Assembly: GCA_958295945.1 (NCBI GenBank)
Contig: OY282386.1
Coordinates: 2,906,204 to 2,970,203 of the forward strand
Reading direction: 5' to 3'
Length of the DNA: 64,000 bases
Source: Candidatus Poribacteria bacterium
GTDB lineage: Bacteria > Poribacteria > WGA-4E > WGA-3G
This document shows, piece by piece, positions 57,522-64,000 of this stretch. Position 1 is the first letter of the stretch, and each line of letters opens with the position of its first letter. The position numbers were made by a program, and so were the translations under genes. The notes beneath the pieces were generated by a model. The model was not told the origin of the DNA. It was given only the letters and a program-made list of their open reading frames with translations, and did not search any database.

Positions 57522-58526
57522 TTAATCCACCGGCATTGCACGCTTTGGAATCTCTACTTCTTGTTCATCCCAAAACTTAAATGCCCCTTGATGTAATGGA
57601 ATAACAAATGCTTTTGATGCGTTTTCTATAGTCATTACTGAAGCAGCTTGATTTGATTGAAGCATTCTATTTTTGCCTTCTGATGAATAAACATGTTTCA
57701 GTAGAGCATAAATGGTCTCTTCTGGAATTGCTTTATTCGCAATCAGAACTGTTGGCATAGTAATTGTCCTCACGGGTTCAACTTTTCCTTCATACATACC
57801 TTCTGGCAATTTGGAAGGGAAATAGAACGGATATTTGTCATAAAAACCGTGCTTCTTTGCAGGGGTATCAAGGTCTATCATGCGAATAGATTTAATTGCT
57901 GTTAATTCAATTATTGCACGATTTGGAACACTGACTAACCATAAAAAACCTTGAACCTGACCATCTTGCAACGCTTGAGCACCTTTAGTACCACCACTAT
58001 AACTCGGTGTGAATTCTTCCCAAATTCCGGCTGCCTTTGCAAGCCGTTCCATAGTTTTTGCAGTACCAGAACCAGGAGCACCACAAGCAACCTTTGTCCC
58101 TACAATATCATCAAATGTATGAACATTGCTCTTTTCAAGTGTTGAAAATTGTCCATAAGCATAATATAAAAGCGTAACCATGCGGATATTATTTCTTGGT
58201 CCAACTTCTGCAAATACTTCTTCACCATTATAACCCAGCGAACTTTCAGATGCAAATACTACCCCGAGCGCATTCTCTTCCTCATTAACACGGCGTGTGT
58301 TTTCAACAGAACCTGCGGATGCTACAACATAGAGTTTTACATCAGGCACATTGTGCTCGACAATCTGTTTAATATCACCTGCAAACAGAGAAAAACTTCC
58401 ACCAATCACGCCACCATATATAGTATACCATTCCTTATCCTGTTTATCACCGCATCCTGAAAAAAAAGTAAGTAGTAATAAAATAGAACTGACACATAAT
58501 TGGAGATAATTCTGTTTATTGCCCAT
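57522..58526 (-). CDS. TAXI-family TRAP-transporter solute-binding lipoprotein-like protein
   Basis: Lipobox (LLTFFSGCG). YGGVIGGSFSLFAGDIKQIV resembles the TAXI GG..GG.Y..G motif; 334 aa. No DctQM permease adjacent. Confidence 0.5.
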   Translation of the reverse strand: MGNKQNYLQLCVSSILLLLTFFSGCGDKQDKEWYTIYGGVIGGSFSLFAGDIKQIVEHNVPDVKLYVVASAGSVENTRRVNEEENALGVVFASESSLGYNGEEVFAEVGPRNNIRMVTLLYYAYGQFSTLEKSNVHTFDDIVGTKVACGAPGSGTAKTMERLAKAAGIWEEFTPSYSGGTKGAQALQDGQVQGFLWLVSVPNRAIIELTAIKSIRMIDLDTPAKKHGFYDKYPFYFPSKLPEGMYEGKVEPVRTITMPTVLIANKAIPEETIYALLKHVYSSEGKNRMLQSNQAASVMTIENASKAFVIPLHQGAFKFWDEQEVEIPKRAMPVD

Positions 58527-58950
58527 TTGAATTCCTTAAATATTAGGTTTTGGATAACCGATAATATCATAACTTTGCACAATTTACAAGAGAATTGAGA
58601 CCTATGGGTATGTCAGTTTTTTTGCATGCATATTGTATCTGTCTTGTTGAAGGAGTGAAGTGCCATCGATTTTTTAGACCATAATTTCGTAAAGTTAAGA
58701 CAAGTTTTTTTGTTCAAATTCAATAGGAGTTAAATAACCTAATGCCGAATGAGGTCGTTTCTGGTTGGACACTTGTTCAATAAAATGTCCAATGGTAGAC
58801 GAGATCTCCGAACCTCGCAGATGCTGAATGTTCAAGTAATTTCAAAATCTACTATAACTTTACATACAAACACAATTTCTCTTGATAAATCTTTCTAATA
58901 TTGATAAACTAACAATATAAATGTGTTTAAATGACAAGGAGGACGTAAAG

Positions 58951-60222
58951 ATGAATAGATCTTACGCATTCTTATGGATTATTACCATTAGCATATTCAT
59001 GTGTGTTGGATTTACTTCTATATGTGAGGCAACTACTGAAGAGGAACCACCACCACCTCAAAAGGAAACTCATCCATCTGAAAAACGTGTTGTAGTTTTA
59101 CATTTTAAAGATAGCAGTAATTTTGATGATCCAGTCGGTTGTGGTTGTATACCAAACTTCGTCGGTGCTGTTTTTAGCACAAAAAAAATGTGGGATTTGG
59201 AAGCAGGTTTCGCAACAATTCTTGCTCGAAGACTCGCAGAAACATCTGTCTATCAACCTGTTTCACGAGATGAACTACTGGATGCTATGGCACAGATGAC
59301 CTTATCAAGACGTAACTTAATGAAAATTGATAAAGACCAACGTGCAGAACTTGCGAAACTACTCAATGCCGATGTTATAATTGTTGGTGAAATCAAAAAA
59401 TTTGGACAGACAAGAATGAAGGCAAACGCTTCAAGGTCCTTGACAGAAAGTGGAAGAGAAACACAATCAGTACCCATATCCACAAGTTATATGACCAGAT
59501 TTGCAGCCATGGGGCATAGAAATCGAGCTTTTGTAAAACTTAACATGAAATTTTACGAAGCATCCGGAAATGAAATCGCTACTGTGCCAATTGACGTATC
59601 TCATAGAGATAGTCTCGCGGGGACAAATATCGCTGGATTGAAAGCTTCTGTTACTGAATCCGGCTCCGAATTTCAATTTGGAAAGACTAAGGAAAAATTT
59701 GGAAACCGCACTCGACCAATCACAAAAACCACACAACTAAATAAAATTAAATTTGCTTCACCTGAGTATGATAGAACTCTTTTTGGTATAGCAACAAATG
59801 ATGCCCTTATCAAGACCGTCATCGAACTTAGAGATAGTTTTGGTCCAAACTTCATAACGCCATGGGAAACACCTGAGAATAAAGAGGAGCAAAAGAAGCA
59901 AGTTGACGAAGCAATGGCTAAACGTCCAATCAAAATTACTTATGTAGAAACCGATGATCAAAATGTGATTTACATTAATGCAGGTTCCGCAAAAGGAATA
60001 GCAATCGATCAGCAGTTTGCAGTATATACTGATGGTCCACCAATTCGTGATGTTGATACAGGTGAAATCCTTGATTATACAAAGAAGAAAATTGCAACTG
60101 TCGCTGTTACGGAAATCCTGAACGAGAAACTCTCTGTCGTAAAAATAGTTGAAAAAACAGGCGATATCAAAAGAGGTGACTTACTAAAATCACTTACTTC
60201 AGATGATCCGAAGGAACAATAA
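58951..60222 (+). CDS. Secreted CsgG/LpoB-like (curli-assembly/TolB-N-like fold) protein; start taken at the ATG 8 nt after AAGGAGG
   Basis: Signal peptide. VVVLHFKDSSNF...ATILARRLAETSVYQPVSRDELLDAMAQ...LLNADVIIVGEIKKFG matches the CsgG/LpoB V.VLPF.N...L...L....F.VVER..L......ADYLL.G.I..F pattern. The track ORF begins at 58921, but the RBS supports 58951. Confidence 0.45.
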   Translation: MNRSYAFLWIITISIFMCVGFTSICEATTEEEPPPPQKETHPSEKRVVVLHFKDSSNFDDPVGCGCIPNFVGAVFSTKKMWDLEAGFATILARRLAETSVYQPVSRDELLDAMAQMTLSRRNLMKIDKDQRAELAKLLNADVIIVGEIKKFGQTRMKANASRSLTESGRETQSVPISTSYMTRFAAMGHRNRAFVKLNMKFYEASGNEIATVPIDVSHRDSLAGTNIAGLKASVTESGSEFQFGKTKEKFGNRTRPITKTTQLNKIKFASPEYDRTLFGIATNDALIKTVIELRDSFGPNFITPWETPENKEEQKKQVDEAMAKRPIKITYVETDDQNVIYINAGSAKGIAIDQQFAVYTDGPPIRDVDTGEILDYTKKKIATVAVTEILNEKLSVVKIVEKTGDIKRGDLLKSLTSDDPKEQ

Positions 60223-60238
60223 TCTTGGAGGATTTAAT

Positions 60239-61357
60239 ATGAATATTTCTTTTTTTCAATCACTTTTCAGAGTAATGGGTAAATCTATATACAGAGTTTA
60301 TCCCTTCATCTTAGTTGTAATTTGTTTCTCAATAATGGTTTTCGGTTGTGCAGATACATCAAACAAAGAGAAATCAGATACATCACAAGGTGAAAAAGTA
60401 GACTCGTCTGAGAAAAAAATAAAAATCGGGTTTTCAATGGCTTCTTTGAGAGAAGAACGGTGGCAAAAAGATCGGGATATATTCATCAGAGAAGCAGAAA
60501 AATTGGGGGCCGAAGTTATTGTCCAATCTGCAAATGCTGATGCTGTAAAACAGAATGAGCAAGCTGAAAATATGATTACACAAGGGGTTGATGTGCTTGT
60601 TGTCATTCCGAGTGACAGTGTTGCCGCATCTCAAATTGTAAAAGCTGCACATGCAGAAGGTATTAAGGTCATCGCCTATGACAGGTTAATCCGAGAAAGT
60701 GATCCAGACCTTTATATCTCCTTTGATAACGAAGAGGTCGGTTACTTGCAAGCAGAATACTTACTACGACATCAACCCAAAGGCAATTATTTCTTACTCG
60801 GTGGAGATCCGGGAGACAATAACGCACATCTACTACGAAAAGGACAGTTGCGTGCACTCCAGACTGCAATTGAGTCAGAAGATATTAAGTTAGTCGCTGA
60901 TGGAAAACATTGGGCAGTGGCATGGGAAGCTAAAGACGCGCTTAACAAAACTGAACAAATTCTAACCCAAACAAATAACCAGATAGATGCTGTTGTCGCA
61001 TCAAATGATGGCACTGCAGGTGGCGTGATCCAAGCTCTTGAAGGACAAAATCTGGCAGGAAAAGTTCTCGTTTCTGGACAAGATGCTGACATCGAAGCGT
61101 GCCAGCGAATCGCTAAAGGCACACAAACGATGACTGTTTTCAAACCCATTGATCTCATCGCTACTGTAGCTGCACATGCCGCAGTTGCGCTCGCAAAAGG
61201 AGAGGAAGTGGCTAAAGCAACCCAGATGGTCAATAATGGGAAAGTTGATGTGCAATCAATAATACTCAAATCAATTCAAGTTGATAAAGATAACCTGGAT
61301 AAGGTGATTATTGAAGGCGGTTTCCACACACGAGAAAAAGTATATCAATCTAAATGA
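60239..61357 (+). CDS. xylF: D-xylose-binding-protein-like periplasmic sugar-binding protein (type-I PBP fold); start taken at the ATG after the GGAGG RBS
   Basis: KIKIGFSMASLREERWQKDRDIFIREAEKLGAEVIVQSANADA..., ...GVDVLVVIP..., ...GIKVIAYDRLI...YISFDNEEVGYLQA... and ...IDAVVASNDGTAGGVIQAL...GKVLVSGQDAD are collinear with E. coli XylF as recalled. No xylG/xylH adjacent. Confidence 0.6.
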   Translation: MNISFFQSLFRVMGKSIYRVYPFILVVICFSIMVFGCADTSNKEKSDTSQGEKVDSSEKKIKIGFSMASLREERWQKDRDIFIREAEKLGAEVIVQSANADAVKQNEQAENMITQGVDVLVVIPSDSVAASQIVKAAHAEGIKVIAYDRLIRESDPDLYISFDNEEVGYLQAEYLLRHQPKGNYFLLGGDPGDNNAHLLRKGQLRALQTAIESEDIKLVADGKHWAVAWEAKDALNKTEQILTQTNNQIDAVVASNDGTAGGVIQALEGQNLAGKVLVSGQDADIEACQRIAKGTQTMTVFKPIDLIATVAAHAAVALAKGEEVAKATQMVNNGKVDVQSIILKSIQVDKDNLDKVIIEGGFHTREKVYQSK

Positions 61358-61865
61358 TAACGGATGGACTTGCTATTCTCATATCAGATTGTATGGAAAA
61401 GACATACTGTCACGAAACTCATACCCATGGTTCCGGTTAGCATAAACAAAAAATGACTGAAGAGGAATTATCAAGTAGACAATTACCAGATGTAAATGTC
61501 GTAAATATTGGAGGACCGCTGGATAATATCATCACTTCTTGAAGTCAGCGTCCAGATTTTGTACATGTAGATCTAAGTCACGGTCCAAATACAATAGTCG
61601 CCAATGTCAATTCGGTAGACTTGAAAACTATTTTAGGTTCAGATATACGATTTCTTCGGGTGTCAAATGTTCCATTCATTCCAGTACCAACTGGCTCATA
61701 TATCGCACCTGATTCCTTCATTAGACAAGCACAAAATCTTAAGGTAAAACGAATTGTCATTACCACTGGTATATTTAGTGAATATCCAATTAGTGTGGCA
61801 CTTAACAAAGCAGGATTTTCAGTTCAAAAGAGAGTTATACATCAAAGACCCTTCATCACAGCCAG

Positions 61866-62174
61866 ATGTTAACAAAAGGGAAAACTAAAATGTCAATAGA
61901 ACATATTATCCACCAAATTGATAAAGTAATCAGAGATACGAACACACCCAGACAAGAGAAAATTGAAAGCCTAAAACAGCTTGCAATTGCTTGTTGGCGG
62001 GAAGTTGCTCCAGAATTGGAAAATGCTGAAATTCTGCGCAATATTGATGCTGATAAATTAACTGCACGGTGGGCTAAGATAAATGACAAAATTAGCAACT
62101 ATGAAACTAAAGGTCAAATTTTATATGTTCTTGAATGGCCAGCTTCCGGTGGCAATTTCTATTGGATCAAATAA
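61866..62174 (+). CDS. Hypothetical protein (102 aa)
   Basis: ORF only, with AAAGGGAAAA upstream. Confidence 0.35.
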   Translation: MLTKGKTKMSIEHIIHQIDKVIRDTNTPRQEKIESLKQLAIACWREVAPELENAEILRNIDADKLTARWAKINDKISNYETKGQILYVLEWPASGGNFYWIK

Positions 62175-62295
62175 TTAACTCTACATTTCATAGAGACACA
62201 TCACTTGGCTTCCTCTTAGGAGGAATTCTTGTTTCTCAATCTTATATCTGAATGTAGAAAAAGCACGAGTTGAGTTTAGCGATTCTCTATCTGTG

Positions 62296-63492
62296 TCAAT
62301 TAAGCAATACAAGGTTATCCCGATGTATAATTTCATCGTAATCGTGATAACCAAGAATTTTCTCTATGTCCTGCGTCTGTTTTCCGGCAAGTTTAGTAGT
62401 TTCTGTAGAATTATAGTTAATCAAACCACGGGCAATTTCTACACCATTTTCTGTGAAGCAAGAGACAGTATCACTGAAATTAAAATGTCCTTCAACACGC
62501 TTAATGCCAGCAGGCAACAAACTCTTGCCACCTTGAATGAGTGCATCTCGTGCTCCGTTATCTACAACGATGTATCCTTTGGGAGGACGGGAATAGGCGA
62601 TCCATCTTTTGCGACCAGAAATACGTGCATTCGGAAGGAAAAGCGTACCAAGCAGTTCCCCTTTTAGGAGACGCGTAACAACAAGCGGTTCACGTCCAAA
62701 AGCAATAACCAACATCTCCCCAGAAGAGGTAACTATTTCTGCGGCTCTCAACTTGGTTATCATACCACCTGTCCCACTTGCTGTGCCTGCTTTCCCCGCA
62801 GATTGCCATATCTCATCTGTGATCATATCAACCGTATGTATAAGTTCAACATCGGGATTATGTCGTGGGTCTGCTGTGAACAATCCTTGTTGATCAGAAA
62901 GTAGGATTAGCAAATCTGCTTGTGCAAGATTAGTAACATATGCTGAAAGCGTGTCGTTGTCACCAACTTTTATTTCGTCTACGGCAACACTGTCATTTTC
63001 GTTGATAATAGGAATCACATCAAGGTGGAGAAGTGCATGTAACGCATCATTCATGCGGGTATATCGTTTTCTGTCTGAGAAATCGTCTTGTGTCAGTAGT
63101 AACTGAGCAGGACATTGATCATAAAAGCGAAATCGTTCTTCATAAGCAGACATCAACCGAATTTGTCCAACTGCAGCAGCTGCTTGTAATACAGGCAGGG
63201 TTTGTTGATGAGAATTCACACCCAGATGAGGGAGTCCAGCAGCTATCGCTCCAGAGGTTACAAGTATGACCTCTACTCCATTTTGCTTGACAGTCGCTAA
63301 ATCGTGAACTAATCCATCAAGTGCTGATTCGTTGATACGATAATTATCTGAAATCGTACTACTACCGACCTTTACAACGATACGCTTAACTTCAGAAAGA
63401 CATTCACGACCATGTTTCAACTTGCCTTTGTCAATTTCTTTCACCTTTTTAGGAACTTTGTTTTGTAGGAATATTTCTTCGGTTTTATCCAT
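62296..63492 (-). CDS. proB: Glutamate 5-kinase with C-terminal PUA domain
   Basis: RIVVKVGSSTISD...LVTSGAIAAG amino-acid-kinase motifs and a C-terminal PUA-like region; 398 aa. Confidence 0.85.
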   Translation of the reverse strand: MDKTEEIFLQNKVPKKVKEIDKGKLKHGRECLSEVKRIVVKVGSSTISDNYRINESALDGLVHDLATVKQNGVEVILVTSGAIAAGLPHLGVNSHQQTLPVLQAAAAVGQIRLMSAYEERFRFYDQCPAQLLLTQDDFSDRKRYTRMNDALHALLHLDVIPIINENDSVAVDEIKVGDNDTLSAYVTNLAQADLLILLSDQQGLFTADPRHNPDVELIHTVDMITDEIWQSAGKAGTASGTGGMITKLRAAEIVTSSGEMLVIAFGREPLVVTRLLKGELLGTLFLPNARISGRKRWIAYSRPPKGYIVVDNGARDALIQGGKSLLPAGIKRVEGHFNFSDTVSCFTENGVEIARGLINYNSTETTKLAGKQTQDIEKILGYHDYDEIIHRDNLVLLN

Positions 63493-63503
63493 TTTCTGTC
63501 ACT

Positions 63504-64000
63504 TCATCTGATCACTTTCGGACTATAGGTAAACTCAAAATCATCAATCTGAATTGTATCACCTTCTTTGACGCCAGCACGGGTAAGGGCGTTTATTACT
63601 CCCATCTTTTTTAGTTTCCGAAATAGTAGCATCAACGCCTGTTCATTTTCAAAGTCTGTCATCACAACAGCCCGTTTCGGTTCATCACCACTTACAACAA
63701 ATCCTGTATCAGTCTCTTGGAGTTCAAACCGTGTACGTGGTTCAGGTGGTAGTTCCTGTTCAAGTGTAATTGTTGATTCAGCTTGTTCACGAGCCTTCGT
63801 GTCAAGGTATTGTAATGAACGGTACGCCTGATGCATGAGTGAATTGACACCTTCACCTGTGATACCGGATATTGGAAAGACTTTCCTTTTCCCAAAGTAT
63901 TCCTGCACCCGTTGTATATTCTCCTTCGCGTCAGGCATATCAATCTTATTAAGAGCAATGATTTGAGGAAGTTCAGTCAACAAAGCATTGTAATGTCCGA
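63504..64000 (-). CDS. obg: GTPase Obg/CgtA, C-terminal part (G-domain end plus OCT domain); the gene continues beyond the window end
   Basis: ALNKIDMPDAKENI (G4 NKxD), ...VFPISGITGEGV (G5), then a TIGR-OCT-like C-terminal domain. The ORF is open to the window edge and lies directly upstream of proB. Confidence 0.7.
   Translation of the reverse strand, partial: GHYNALLTELPQIIALNKIDMPDAKENIQRVQEYFGKRKVFPISGITGEGVNSLMHQAYRSLQYLDTKAREQAESTITLEQELPPEPRTRFELQETDTGFVVSGDEPKRAVVMTDFENEQALMLLFRKLKKMGVINALTRAGVKEGDTIQIDDFEFTYSPKVIR

Noticed and set aside
58739-58752. 12-nt identity (aacctaatgccg) between the intergenic region at 58.7 kb and the start of the purH 3'-end repeat
   Set aside because: The similarity does not extend beyond 12 nt. 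At this window size it may be chance. Not treated as a third att-like copy.
60787-61269. 160-aa minus-strand ORF
   Set aside because: Antisense to the strongly supported xylF-like gene; alanine/serine-rich shadow frame.
61621-61872. 83-aa plus-strand ORF in the 500-bp gap after xylF
   Set aside because: No RBS and no recognisable domain. It may be real but is unsupported, so it is left unannotated.
1-64000. tRNA, rRNA and tmRNA genes
   Set aside because: Non-coding stretches were scanned by eye for T-arm (GTTCRANYC) and acceptor-stem patterns and for rRNA-like conserved blocks, and none was found. A tRNAscan-SE/Infernal run is the proper check.

Overview
64 kb bacterial chromosomal window of roughly 40% GC. 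The lineage looks like an uncultivated FCB-group-like organism, but that is inference only, from a T9SS-type C-terminal sorting domain and many FG-GAP/ASPIC-UnbV and TPR proteins. No rRNA, tRNA or CRISPR array was recognised. About 55 protein genes are called. Housekeeping: purH, a 703-aa glutamine-dependent NAD synthetase (nadE), proB, the 3' end of obg, and a thiamine operon (ThiX/ThiY-like transporter-thiO-thiS-thiG) preceded by a clear TPP riboswitch. A ~22 kb co-directional minus-strand block (23.5-45.8 kb) holds a serine-acetyltransferase-like/class-V aminotransferase/Gfo/MBL operon, two CRTAC1-like FG-GAP proteins flanking two tandem lectin-like paralogs, a TPR protein, an M20 amidohydrolase, a vWA protein, mazEF, a DRG-like GTPase with degenerate G motifs, and three tandem PD-(D/E)XK nuclease-like paralogs. 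Accessory and mobile signals: an IS4/IS5-type IS inserted in-frame into a WD40 gene; a ~330 bp MITE-like structured element; three REP-like GTAG-plus-palindrome elements whose stem changes are compensatory; a 67-bp copy of the purH 3' end that, with the native copy, brackets a 2.8 kb AT-rich insert with a poly-G tract; a HEPN/MNT toxin-antitoxin pair sitting between thiS and thiG; an orphan DNA methyltransferase; and an AT-rich three-gene islet with a candidate -1 frameshift site (A_AAA_AAA). All calls rest on reading the sequence and recalled family knowledge; no searches were run.
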